A stretch of DNA of 64,000 nucleotides from assembly GCA_013265495.1 (NCBI GenBank), contig MU058584.1, positions 1,710,616-1,774,615 of the forward strand. Direction: 5' to 3'. Of the stretch, positions 26,781 to 39,359 are shown piece by piece; the stretch's first letter is position 1, and each line of letters starts with the position of its first letter. The position numbers and the translations under genes are program-made. This DNA comes from Vicugna vicugna (lineage: Eukaryota). Under the pieces are notes generated by a model, which was not told the DNA's origin, did no database searches, and saw only the letters and a list, made by a program, of their open reading frames with translations.

Positions 26781-27570
26781 ATTCATGTGGCTCTTTCAAA
26801 TGGCTAGTTAGTTAATCCATTTTTTGAAAAATGATGAATCCATTTTCGTCCATTTATTTGAAAAGTAACTTTTTTCTTACTATATTTTTATATGAGCTAA
26901 CAGCTAACCCTTGAACAACATGGGTTTGGATTGCCCAGGTCCACTTAAATGCCAAATTTTTTCCCCAGTAAATGTGTACTATACAGTACCACACAATTCC
27001 CAGTGGGTTAAAATCACAGATGTTGAACTGGGAATACACAGGGCCAACTATGAAGTTACATGCCAATTTTTGACTGTGCAGGAGGTCAGCACCCCTTCCC
27101 CCCATGTTGTTCAGGGTCATCTGTATTTATCTTTGTCCCAACAATCTGATGTTTTCTGTACCAAAGATGTGCTTTTTAAATTACTGTACCTTAAAATGAT
27201 TTTAATGTCTGATAGGAATAATTCATCATATATAATCTTTATTTTCACATTTTTAAAAGCTATTCTAGCATTTTCCCCAGATGAACATTCGAATCATTTT
27301 GACAAGTTAAAAAAAAATCCTGTTAATGGTTTGATAAGGTTCATACTGAATTGATAGATAAACTTTGGGAAAATTAACATTGTTCAAAAGCAAGTATTCC
27401 TACCCAAGAAAAAGATGCTGCTTTTCAAACTGTACTCTTTCTATGCTCCTCACTAGTGTTACCTTTTCTCCATACAAGTATTTCACATTTTTTAATTTAC
27501 TTAGCTGTACTTTCCTCTTTTTGTAAATGGGGTCTTCTATTTCATTATCTTTTTTACATTGTTGTTTTTG
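26780..27570 (-). mobile_element. Old L1 ORF2 fragment (host of the Tigger MITE)
   Basis: GCTATTCTAGCATTTT; TTGATAGATAAACTTTGGGAAAATTAACAT; TTGTAAATGGGGTC. Confidence 0.55.
26901..27123 (+). mobile_element. Tigger2-family (TcMar) MITE, MER8-like
   Basis: Terminal inverted repeats CAGCTAACCCTTGAACAACATGGG and CCCATGTTGTTCAGGGTCATCTG, followed by TA. Confidence 0.9.
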
Positions 27571-28150
27571 TAATCACATAGTCTTCATTTTCTTTGACCT
27601 TAACAGGCGTCTTGTTCCTTTAAAGTTTAAATGAAAATGCTTGAGATATAATAGTAACATGCTAACTGCTTCTTCCCCGTATGCACACATTTTTTTCTGG
27701 TATATTTGAAAAGAAGATGCTTTTTCATATTAGCTCCTGAGTAGGGTCTATTGTGCATCTCCTTCCTTGCGTATCATGAAGACTCTGCTCATTTTTATGC
27801 TTCTCAGGCTTAAAATTCTGCAACTATAACCCTTTTTGCTTCTTTCTTTATCACAACACTAAATCAGTGCTGCTAATTATACAGGTTTTATTGAAGAATT
27901 GTGGTGAACTGTAGGCAGCTAGAGTTCAGACATAAAAATCACTTTAATTTTAATTTCAGATAGACTTCCTATAAATTCTGTGGATCAGAATATCTGAGTT
28001 TAAAAACTGGCTTCATCAATTATTATCTGTGGTAAGTTAAATAATCATGGTGATAGACTCTTGCTTTGTCACTGTCCTCAGTGGGGTTGTTTCTACTGTG
28101 TTACCACTAAACATGATGATGGCTTTTGGTTTGGTATATTATCAAGGGTA

Positions 28151-28178
<28 letters not shown>
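28151..28178 (+). repeat. (GT)14 microsatellite
   Basis: Seen directly. Confidence 0.97.
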
Positions 28179-28181
<3 letters not shown>

Positions 28182-28636
28182 GTGACCTAGTTCTTCTGCT
28201 CTGATGTTGATGGAATTCTTTCTTGGTCCTTGAATTCTGAAATTCAATAACTTCCCCTTAAATTGTGTTGCTCTTGAAATTTTCAACTATGTCTTGTTAT
28301 TTATTTAAGTTATGTCCCTTTGATCTATTTCAGTTCTCTATTCCAGGAAAACAACATTTTATTATATGTTTCAATATTTCACTTTTCCATTTGCTTTATT
28401 TTCTTCTTCAGGAATACCAACTCTACAAATATTAAATTTCTGTTTTCCCTCTTATCATAATGTCACCTCATGGCTTTTTGCTTTCTTTTATTTTGATTTA
28501 TATTATTTTTCCAAGCCATATTTCACACATTCACTCTGTTTTTAAGCAGCACTTATTCTAATTGTGAACACTTCTAATATGTTTTTATTTCTAAAATAAA
28601 ATACATATATATTTTGATCTCAGCCATGTCACTTTT

Positions 28637-28827
28637 AAAATTTTTTTTTTAATTTTTTAATCGTTTTTACTTTTTTTCTAATTTTTGGAGGGGTTGGGTT
28701 TTTTGGTTTGGGTTTTTAGCAATGAGGTAATTCAGTTTATTTATTTATTTTAATGGAGGTACCAGGGTTTGAACCCCCTCATGCATGTTAGCCATGGACT
28801 CTATCACAGACCTATAGCCTCCCCCGC
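28637..28827 (-). mobile_element. tRNA-Ala-derived SINE (camelid vic-1-like) with 16-bp TSD
   Basis: Antisense head ATGGAGGTACCAGGGTTTGAACC...CTATAGCCTCCCCC and tail GAGGTAATTCAGTTTATTTATTTA. Perfect TSD CAGCCATGTCACTTTT at 28621-28636 and 28828-28843. Confidence 0.9.
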
Positions 28828-31800
28828 CAGCCATGTCACTTTTTAACAACTTGAATTGTTCATTCCATTATTTTTCACTTGTGTGCCTACATTTCTTCTC
28901 TGAATGAGATATGATTCTCTATAATTCATTGGCGTAAAACAAATTTATATATTTTCTCGTATAATTATTTTTGTAAAATGTCTCTTTAACATGTTTATTA
29001 TGCTTTTTCCTTGTTTGAAATACTTTCTTTGTATAGGAAAAATACTGGATTTGTTTTGCATATTAATTCTCTCTAAAAGGGAGAATTCCATCTAATTCCA
29101 CTAATAAAGATGAGTTGAGGAAATGAGCCTGGGAAGTCAGCATCTCTTTGATTCAAGTTGCTGCCTGAAAATACTCCATCAAATTTGCTGCATCTTTCAA
29201 CCTGGGTGAACGAGTCTCCTGAACGTGGCAAGTTTACTTCTTGAAATAATAAATTAGCCTGTTAAGAAGGCTGCATGACACAGTAAAGTTTTTGTTTATT
29301 TTGTTTGTTTTATTAGCTTTTGTAAATCTCTGCTCATTTGACCCTTGTCAGCAACTTCAGAGTTGTTTCCAGTGAAGCTCTCTCTTTCTTAATGTTCTAC
29401 CCATTATGTTTTCTGCGGGGAGGAGGGGTGAATAAATTTGGCATACCTGGGCAAATCCTTTCACTACTAGCCTTCCACTCTGTTCTTCGCTGGGTGGAAC
29501 TGGGTAGCTCTGAGAATGCCTTCTATGTCTTTTGTACCCACCTTCCTTACCCACACATATGCCTATTTCTCATTACTCCAAGGGAATCATCGTTTCTTGT
29601 CTCTTTCAAGACTCTAACTTATTGCAGAAAATATGCTCTCTGATTGAGATCTGGAGCAGTACGTGCTATTTCACAATGTGTCTTCACTCAATTTTGGCAT
29701 ATATTCTTAGCTTCTTGGAAAGTGGAATTTTTCTCCTTTCTTTTTAAAAAAAAAGGTTTTGATTTTTATGGAGACTGTTTCAGGGAGTGGTATGAAATAA
29801 ACATTTCACTCGGCTATCTTTTACCAGCAGTGTTAAAAATAAGACATTTTAACAAAATATTACATGGAAATAAAGTCATTCTTCTATTACCTAGATTGTC
29901 AAGCAAAAATTGAGGTACCATTTTGGAATGTATTTTAAATGAGAAATGTTTAGAGTGTTCAGTTTTATTTGAGAGAAGGAACTTCTCAAAAGACAATCCT
30001 ACATGGACAGGATCCTTCCTTCTCCCTCTGTTAAAAACACAGCGCTTGAGAGCTGGAATAGATCTCACCTTGTAACATGGCTGTGATGAGAAGCCTGGGG
30101 TTATTATAAAATATACACATACCCACAGTTTGCCTTTGATTCTCTGAGTTCCAGGCTTATCAAAAAGCAAATCCCAAGATTTTCAGAGCATCGACCTGCT
30201 TTGCAATTTGATAAATTTGCCATCGTGGGAGTTAAATCTCCCAGGCTTGGTTTGTGATAGGTCTTCATTTCTTGACTTTTGTATGGTTTGGCCACTGCTA
30301 AATTTCACCAGGTTCTCCTAGGGGAAGTCAGGCCTTAAATTCCTTATAACCTCCTGCTCTTCTGTCAGCTAGTCCTCTTCATTCAATATTCATCCGTGAC
30401 ATTGTTTAGGAAGGGCCAGCAGTCCGAGCCTTTATCTGTTTGACCCAAGCCAGGGAGCTGTCAGATCAGAGAAAGCAGCCTCTTGCCACTGCTCCGGTCA
30501 TAAGCCTATAGTTCAGGCTTCTCTTTGCAAAGGATCATCAACACCAACATGTTGTTTCCAGGGTCATAAATTTGCAATGTGATGAGACATAACCAGATGT
30601 TGCCAAACGTGAACTGACTCATAAAGCAGCCGCTCTCCTGCTCTATCTTGCTTCCCAACTCGTCGAAGCTGGTGGTCCATTTAGTTCTTCCTACTCAGCT
30701 AAGGGGCTTGGTTGTCCAGACTGAAGTCAGTCATTTACTGGAGCAATTATATTTTTCAAGCTGAATAATGGAGTAGCCATTATCACCTACTCCACAGATA
30801 CCTTTCTGTGACTTAATGTTCCTGTGTGGAATTCATTGCCATTCTTTGGGAACACTTTGTGCTGTGTTGTGTCATGATGTTGTTCCCCGTATACAGTAAT
30901 GGGGGAAAATGGCATGTCGGTCTATAGTCCCTACTCCCACCCCGAGACAGATGGTCTGATTTTTATATATGATTCCAATTCTTTCAAACTTATTAGGGCA
31001 TGTTTTATGCTTTTAGGATATGGTCAATTGTAATAAATGTTTCAAAGTGTAGTTCTATAAATCACAAAGCTGTAAGACCCTTTGGGCTTTCGCACACTCT
31101 CTTTGTCTTAAATTCAAACAACTGAGGCCATGGAAGGTAAGCAAACTCTCCAAGATTATACAGTCTGTTATTTAAACCCAAGGCTCCAGCCTCCTGTTTG
31201 GGTACCTTCTTGGACTTCTTCAGGAAAACAAGAATAGAACAGAACAGAGCAGAATGTAATGTAAATATATAATCATAATCTCAGCCCTTTAGATTTGAAG
31301 CCAGGTTAAATTTAAAGAAAAATTCAATGGAAATAAAAACAGATTTTAAAAATCAGATGTTATAGTCTTTCATGATAGATCATTCCTCTTCTGAACTCCA
31401 GTTTTCTCTTTTGTATAACTTGGGTGATGGTAACAATGCATTACTCCATCATAACGTTGTTGGCAGGGAATATTGACTGAGGGAGCTCGTAAAGTGTTCT
31501 TTGAATTGTCCTGTGAAAAGATCCACAGTGGAATCTAGTTTTTAATCTTACGTTTCAAGTGTTTTTCTTTCTTGTTTGGTCTTGATGAGGGTTGTTTTGT
31601 TAACTGATAATGTGGAGCAACTGGCTCTTCTTTTATGACCCTCAGAGCCAGAGACACAGGAGAAAGACAGCTAACAGGAGAATCAAGTATCTTTAAGTGC
31701 ATTAAGGATGCGATAAGCCACTTCGATTTTTCAGGGTGAAAAAAATGCTACCAAATGTTTACATGTGCTGTTTTGTTGTTGTTTTATTTTCTATTGTCTG

Positions 31801-32074
31801 TGTTATTCTTAAGGGATTTTAATTTCCTCAGGTATGTTTTCTTCAGATAAAGCATTGATTTTTGAAGTTACTTTCTTTTCAGTTTGAAATCTAAAAATTC
31901 TCTTTATTCTGTAAGTTTAGTTCTCTTAATACCTGAAGAAATTGGAGTCAAATTTTGTATTCCAGGCATCATTCTTCCCAGTTTAGCACAAAGTAAAAAT
32001 ACTACCTTTTTGTATGCTTGTTTCAATGACTACAAACAACCTTAAAAATCGTTTAGGAGACTGACTTTCTGTGC

Positions 32075-32200
32075 ATCTAATTCTTAAGAATTTGGGGGTC
32101 TACACCCATCTGGAGCAATTTTGATTTAACGTATTGAGGATTTGGGGCCCAAGCATTGGTAGTTTTCAAAAACTCACGAGTGATTATATGTATATCCAGT
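32075..32200. mobile_element. MER5-like hAT-Charlie fragment
   Basis: TTTGGGGCCCAAGCATTGGTAGTTTTCAAAAACTCACGAGTGATT resembles the MER5 core. Confidence 0.5.
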
Positions 32201-32889
32201 AAAGAAAGTCATTATTATAGTATAATCCTTCATGGATAAAATAGTAAAGAAATTCAACTTCATTGAGGTTCTGTGACTTCCCAAAGCAGTGACTAAGCTA
32301 ACCGCAGAAACTGTCATTTATCCTATTTTTTCGTCCCTCCAAAAGACAACGCCGAACAAGCCTGCAACACTTCCCAGCGATTTCCCAGTGCCTTACACTA
32401 TATCAAGTACATCAAATGTACTCAGTAAAAACACTTGCTAGATGTTGAATGAATAAGTAATTGAGTGAATGTCAGATGGCTCCCTGTGTCTCATTCTGTA
32501 ACTTCAAAGAAATAATAAGGATAATTGTCGCTGAGCATTCAGACAAGAAGAGTGTTGGGCTTCTACCAACCAGGGATATTGTCTTATTTTGAGGTCATGG
32601 AAGAATTTCCAGTTTGCATAAGAGGCAGAAAGAGAGAAACTTACAGTGAAGGAAGGTCTCCACCACACTGAGCGGGGTACTCCAGAGAAGAGGAGACTTG
32701 TGAATACTCTAGATCCCAGAAGAGATGCTGTAACAGTTTCCACAACCAAACATGTAAGTGCAGGGAAATGTATCAATCTGAACATCAAGAATTCAAAAAG
32801 GGAGGCACTTCAGGCTCCCAGGGACCGAGGCCTGTCTATTGTGACTGCTAATCCAAGTGAGTTTGGGTTAAAAGGGGTTAACAGCCCTC

Positions 32890-33210
32890 TGCTGTAACAC
32901 ATGATTGGTCTTTATGAGGTTGAAGCTCTTGTCTGTTTGAGGCCTACAGATGATGCTAAAGAGCCAATAATGACAGCAATTCAAAGCAATCTAATTATGC
33001 AAACGGGAGGCTAAACAATTTCATCATCCTTAAATTAGATTGTCCTAATGAGATAAAGACACCAATTAATCCTGAATTAATTTCAATAGCCTATTTCAGG
33101 CAAACACTTTAATATGCAAATGTAAATGAGAAACAAAGCCTACTGTAGAATGCCAGAGTTCAGAACCTCTCTCTTCGCAGCTGCAGCGGGTGTAAATAGT
33201 GCCTAATGAG
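32890..33210. promoter_or_regulatory. Candidate conserved developmental enhancer
   Basis: Octamer ATGCAAAT 33114-33121, second TATGCAAA near 32996, SOX AACAAT/AACAAAG, TGACAG 32971 and many TAAT/ATTA cores. No repeat signature. Confidence 0.5.
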
Positions 33211-33421
33211 TTTGCACGGAAAGATACAACCAGTTGAAAATTTTAGACTTCATAAAACACAGCCGGTGCCTCAGGTATCCTGGATGTGGTCTGGAGCCAG
33301 CTAGGAAAGGAGGGGGAGTTTTGCCGGGGAATGTTGTAGTGTTGTAGGTGTACACAGCTGAGTCATAAACACCTTTAACTAAACAAAAACTGGGCGGTCC
33401 TTCCAACTCAGCAGTCAGCCA

Positions 33422-33530
33422 CGTGTGTATGTGTATGTGCACGTGTGTGTGTCTGTGTGTGCATGCATGTTTGTGTGTACATATGTGAGTGTGCATCTGG
33501 GTATATATGCATGTGTCTGTGTCTGTCTGT
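33422..33530 (+). repeat. Degenerate alternating purine-pyrimidine (GT/GTAT/GC) tract
   Basis: Seen directly. Confidence 0.9.
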
Positions 33531-34384
33531 GGTGGAGGGGAGGCAGGAAGTGGAAATGATGAAGTCAGAGGAGCGACACGGAGACACCTTAATGAGTTGA
33601 TATTTGGAGAGCCAAGTTGTCATAACGCACACCTGGACAGAGGTCTCTTCTGGACATAAAGTTGATTTTAATTAGTGACCACTTAATCATTCTAAATTAG
33701 CCATTCTCAACCCATTTAATATTCCTAAATAATTAATTTCCTAAATAAGACATGGGAACAGATTCAAAATCTTAGGTGCCTGTACTGAATCCAAAGATTT
33801 GTGATTTTAATGATATTTGGCTGAAGGGCTCTTCAGTGGGCTAATTCCTTTTATAACTAAAAAAAAAAACAGCCCCACAGGTAATAACCCGAGTAATGAT
33901 CTCTTCTGTCCAGAAAAGAAAGTGATAGCTGAGGTTGGGAGTGAATCCCAACCGCAGAAGAGAGAGAACATACACTCTTCAAGTATTTGCTAAACTGAGT
34001 GACCTGAATGATGTCATACGCATAATAGAGGTTCAATAAATATTTATGGAATAGAAACAAATTAACCTGTAATCAGAGATCTGGGGTGCCATTTGCAAAG
34101 AAGAGTATGGTAGACATATTTTGGTGGGTGAGTCTCCATTTTCAGGAAGTGGACCACTCTTCTGTCAAGATCCTCTGGTTATAAAGGACGCACCGTAAGT
34201 TTACAAAGCATGACCATTCCCATCAGAAATTCCTCTTACTCAGTCTTAACAAGGCAGATATTGCCCCTCGAGGACTCAGAATTGGGCCTAAGGAACTAGA
34301 ATGATACTTTCCTAGTACCTTGATCGCTTATGTGTAAATTTGATATTAATAGAGGGAAAGTACCTCCTGTCAGGTAGAAGGAAT

Positions 34385-34600
34385 GTGCCATCGTGGTTAA
34401 AAGTATTAGTCTTGGAGTCGGAATGGCCTATATTCCAGGCTTTCCTCTATCAATTAAGAGTTTGAGAAAGTTGCTTAACCTCTCTGAGCTTGACTCTCTT
34501 CATCTGTACACTGGGGTTATCTCATTAGGTGGTAGTGGGCATTAAATTAGCTACTATGTAAATGAAGCACCGAGCAGGTGCTCAATAATTGTTAGCTAAC
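34385..34600 (+). mobile_element. MIR SINE
   Basis: GTGGTTAAAAG...CTTGGAGTCGG...AAGTTGCTTAACCTCTCTGAGC...CATCTGTA...GTGCTCAATAATTGTTAGC. Confidence 0.85.
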
Positions 34601-35539
34601 AACAATACTATTTGTGGTTATTAGAGAAAGATAATCTACAAAGAAAGACCTGCAGGTGAAGTTGAAATGAGAAACAAGAAGAAAATCCTCATGGCTTCCC
34701 CATTTCTAGAAACATTCTGGCTTTTGTTTTCCTATGACCAGCCTTCTGTAGTCTTCTAACTCACACCCCAACCTCATCTCTTTTCTTCTTACATTTGATG
34801 GCTTCTAACTGAAACAAAGATACGTAAAAATGTATCAGCCTCAGTGGAAGTTCTGGCTGACTGTCCAAGCCAGGAGATGCTTCACACAAGTCAACTTCTC
34901 AGTGTTCTACACCACTAACTAAAAGGATCATTCAAAATACCCTTAACCACTCAGATTTTTTTCTGAACTGCCAAACTATTTTTCTCCTTATGATTTCTTT
35001 CAAGCTCCTCAGGTATAAAATCTAAAACCTTTTTAAAACCTTTTTAAACTTTAGAGTCAACTTTAGTTGGAGTGACTGAATTTTACCACAAAAATTGAAA
35101 CATGTGGTCTGACAGTGGGAGTATACTTATGGGGGACAATGGGACAAGCTATTTGATATTAGAGCTGTCCTGAAAAACTGAGACATAGGGCTCCTTATTT
35201 CTACATCCTTTGCTACACTGTTTACATCTGCTTCACTCTACACTACACTCTGGTTTTGTGGTGAAAGGTGTAGCGTTCCTCTGCCATATTCCAATCTTTT
35301 GGGAGTCAAAGTATAGGGGCTCTGAAGAAAGCCTCGCCAAAATCTTTTCTCCAGTTTATTTTATTGATCTTTTAAAGGATAAAAAAAAATTGTAGATTAC
35401 CTGGATTATAGGTATTTCCCTTGTAAATTTTACATGGAGTTGGCTTTTGACTTAAGAATTCTATCTTAACATTCTATTACATTTAACAAAGCATGTTAAG
35501 GCTACTTCTGAGAGCTATTTTTTTTTTTTTTGGCCAGAT

Positions 35540-35750
35540 CATGAAGCTAGATATCCAGGATTCAAAAATACATTTAAAAAGTTATCGAGAGTTTCAGGAT
35601 CTAATGGAAGAGAAGAACCCTACTTACAATTTCACTGGCAGAACAGTGTGATGTGTGTGATAAAGCAGGTATGTAGCAGGGCGACGTCAACACGACAGAG
35701 GGGATAAGACACTCTGCTTGGGAGGGACTGGGAAGGCTTCTTTAGGAAAA
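35540..35750 (-). mobile_element. LINE2 3' fragment
   Basis: ATCTAATGGAAGAGA...ACAGTGTGATGTGTGTGATA...GGGAAGGCTTC. Confidence 0.45.
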
Positions 35751-36539
35751 AGTCTTAGTTTGTCAGTCTAGACAAAATATTTTATGACTTCCAGGTATGA
35801 AAAATGAGGTCATATATGGTTAAAAGTTCAATCAGGCAATAAACGTAATCAATGGGTAAGTAAAGCTGATTACTAGTTGATATTTCTGACCTTTTACATA
35901 ATCCCATGGAAAATATATAACTCAAGATAGTAGTGTGGTATCATTCATTGGTCTTTTTTCTGCTTAGTGGTGCAGTAGGAAGACTGCCTTCATGTTGCAT
36001 TTGATGAAGCTGGAAGTGCAGTGGTGAGTAGAGGCTGAATGCCGTCTACCAACAGGCATTCCACATATTTAAAAAAGAAGTTTGCTGCACTAGAAAACAG
36101 AGTATGTGTGTGAACAGTACACTATTTACTTCAGTTCTTGTGTATGATACCCCTAAGGATAGTATCATGACCGAGATGGCACCCTGACTGCCCTCCTTTT
36201 AGCAAGTTAATTGATTAACTCTACGTGTAGTTCTCCTATACGTCAAATACTAGAACAAACGTATGCTGTTGGTAAAATTAAAAATATGAAAGAAATTTGT
36301 CAAATTTAAAGGACTACACAAGCGCCAGTCATTTCTTTTCTACACAACAACAAGCAAATGTAATCGTTGTTTCTCTAGAAAAGAGACAAGGTTCCCGGAC
36401 TTATAATTTACTGTTAAAAGAGGGTCAAACCATAATCTATTTCCTTTCATACGTACAATTCACAGCCCCTGCCTCGATTCAATTGCACATTAAATGGACC
36501 CTCCAGAGCTTTAACGGAATGCCAGTCATATTTTAAGCA

Positions 36540-36850
36540 CTAGTGTAACATGCTATTCACAGACCACTGTTGTGAGATTAAGTGGGATAGAGTTAAGGTA
36601 ACAGATCGGCCCGTCCCGGTCAGCAGACCAGATAGACTGCTGTTTGATAAACCTAATAAAACTGTAGTGCTTATTGACATCGCTGCTCTACTGGGTGAAG
36701 TGGCCTGAGATTGTCTGTCCTCTGGCATCAAAGCTGAACTCAAGGTGGAAAGGAGCCTAGTGAAGCCAGCTGTCTCAGCAGCGGGGGTGGCTCTGAGCCC
36801 TCGATTTGACAGTGTCACGGGTCTTCATTCTGAAGATAAGGAGAGCTTCT
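36540..36850. promoter_or_regulatory. Candidate conserved non-coding element or enhancer
   Basis: Unique block with retained CpGs, several GATA/GATAA sites, TCF/LEF ATCAAAG, GATTAA and TGACA. Confidence 0.35.
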
Positions 36851-37149
36851 TGATAAGTGTCCTGTGTTAATGGGAGCAATTTGTGGCTTCCATTCCTCTC
36901 TGAACTTATGTTGTGTTGGTCTTGGCAGGACATTACAGAGCAGGGTATGGATGGGTCACTGAAATTTCAACCCACTCAAAGCACAGGTCATACTGTGACG
37001 GTTGGAAACACCACTCAAAGATGTCTTGGCTAGCATGTTATTACTGCTTTTTTACATTAAGAAAGAATGCTACAGTAAGAAAGTATACTAAATTAGCACT
37101 TTAGAGCTAAAATAGAAGATATTTATTTATTGATACATTTGTCAAGCTG

Positions 37150-37620
37150 TGAAAAGTAAACAGCACTTGAACAAATGTCAGATTAAATAACTCAGTGATT
37201 TCAGACCAAAAAGACACTTTTATCTCCCTAATACTCAAACTTGTTCTTTTTCTTCTCCATATCACTAAATGGTACCATTGTCTAATCAGTTTCTCAATCC
37301 CAAACCCTACGTACCATCTTTGATATTAATCCCCTGGGCTCCCATGTCATATCTATTCAAGTCCTCTGTGCTCTACTTTCCAAAATGCTATCTATCACTT
37401 ACTGGGATGGTGCGAGAAATTTAGGGGATCCCAGTGAGTAAGAAGTCCATTTCTACCATTATATCTTACCTGAGGTTATGAGATAGCCTCTTAACTTGGT
37501 CTTACATCCTATCCTTTGTTTGTTTCTTTGTTTAACATAGCAGGCAAAGTCATCTTAAACACATTGACCAGAAGATGTTTAAAATCCTCCAAAGATAAAG
37601 CCCACATTTATTCCTGGCAC
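37150..37620 (+). mobile_element. LINE2 fragment
   Basis: AAATGGTACCATTGTCTAATCAGTTTCTCAATCCCAAACC...CATCTTTGAT. Confidence 0.5.
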
Positions 37621-38059
37621 CAAGATGACAGTGAGTATGGCGGTGGGTTGAGGAGAAGCACTTGCAAGCCGTGTTCACATTTCTAGATCATTTAAACAAA
37701 GGGAGAAGTTTGAATCCACCATTTTGGTGATACCATTTTAAAATCTGGACTACAAAACTGCTTTGCTTTAAAATCTCCCCCACTGCAGAATATACACTCT
37801 AAGAATAGTTGTGCCAAAGAAGCTGAGAGTAGAAGTTCTATTTCTCCTGATCCTACTTTGCACGTATAGACCCTCCCATTTGCCCTCTTATCTCCACTAG
37901 CTATGTTCTCTATTTAAACAATGTGGGGGTTTTTTAAGCCACATTTATGCACATATATGCTTGTATTTCTTTGTCAGTTAATAGAAAAATCCAAAGTAAA
38001 AGTCATTCTTTTGAGTTGGGAGGAGAAAACCATACACCAAAGACTCAAATGATTGACTA

Positions 38060-38210
38060 CTTAGTGTATGTCAGGATGTATTTTAAGAACCTCATAATAA
38101 CCTTATCATAGAGGTGCTCTTACTTTTTTTCCAATTTTTATAGATTAAACAACAAAAACCACAACAACTAATGAACTAAGATATTAAGTATCTTGTCATA
38201 CAGTCACACC
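38060..38210 (-). mobile_element. MIR SINE fragment
   Basis: CCTCATAATAACCTTAT...ATTTTATAGAT...ATTAAGTATCTTGTCATACAGTCACAC. Confidence 0.6.
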
Positions 38211-38419
38211 CGATGGTCTTGCTCTAGACCCCTCTCACTGCCCTGTATGACCTGACTCTATGAAAGACTGGCAGAGAACATGAGGATAGAAGGGAGATGT
38301 TAGAGGAGAGAACTGAGCCGAGGAGAATTGGAAAGGACAATTAGCACCAAGCTACATAAACATATTTTGGTCCACTCTCAGTGTACTGTTTTGTTCATAT
38401 TATATTATGCATTTTGAGC

Positions 38420-39295
38420 TATTTTTATTTTGATATGATCTTAAACATTGAGAACAGGAGCAAAGTGGCAAGATTAGTACAAGGAATTTCTGTATACCCT
38501 TTAAAGGTTTACCAGTTATTTATAATATGAACAATTTGCTTTATCATTATCTATCTATCTATCTATCTACCTGTCTACCTATCTATTTATCTATCTAGCT
38601 ATCTAATCTTTTTTTCTGAAACATTTAAGAATACACTGAAAACAACCTGCTTCTTTGCCCCTAAATACTTCAGTGTGCGTTTCCTAACAATATGGACAGT
38701 GCCCTATATAACCATAGAACAATGACAATTAGGAAATTTAACACTTATATATTGTTATCTAACCCACCATCCATGTTCATGTTTAATCAATTATCATCTT
38801 TAGAAATATTTTAGGGGAGACACTCCAGGATCCAATGCAAGAATAAGTATTTATGTAGTTGTCATATCTTTGTTGTCTCCTCTAATACGGAATGGTCTCT
38901 CGGTCTTTTTTGTTTTTATTGGTTTTTACATTGAAAGACCATCTTTGTAGAGCATATCTCATTGGGATTTCTCTGAAGTTTCTTCATGGTAAAATTCCTG
39001 CACTTTCTGAAAAATGCTGTGCTGTTTTTCTCAGTGTATATCAAGAGGCAGATGATGTTAGTTTGTCCCAATACTGATACTGCAAACTTGACACCTGGTT
39101 AAGATGGAGTCCACCAGATGTGTCCATGATACAGTTAGAGTTTTCTCTCTATAATTAATAAAATAGTTGAGAGGTACTTTGGGACAGCCTAGTATCCTGC
39201 TCCTCATGAAACTTTACCCATTAGTTACAGCTACTGATTATTTCATTCCTTTTATATTTGTTAGCTGACATTCTACTGCAAGAAAAATATTTCCC
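38420..39295 (-). mobile_element. L1MC4/L1MC5-like 3' end
   Basis: CCCCTAAATACTTCAGTGTGCGTTTCCTAA; AGGAAATTTAACA; CACCTGGTTAAGATGG. Contains (ATCT)n at 38548-38606. Confidence 0.8.
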
Positions 39296-39359
39296 TTTCT
39301 CCCTCTCCTTCCTTCCTTCCTTCCTTCTTTCTTCCTTTCCTTCTTTCCTATCATTTTCT

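Noticed and set aside
26911..27354. 147-aa ORF as a transposase
   Set aside because: It spans a non-autonomous Tigger MITE and antisense L1, and has no DDE/DDD motif.
33203..33632. His/Thr-rich ORFs
   Set aside because: Translations of the CA/GT-type repeat.
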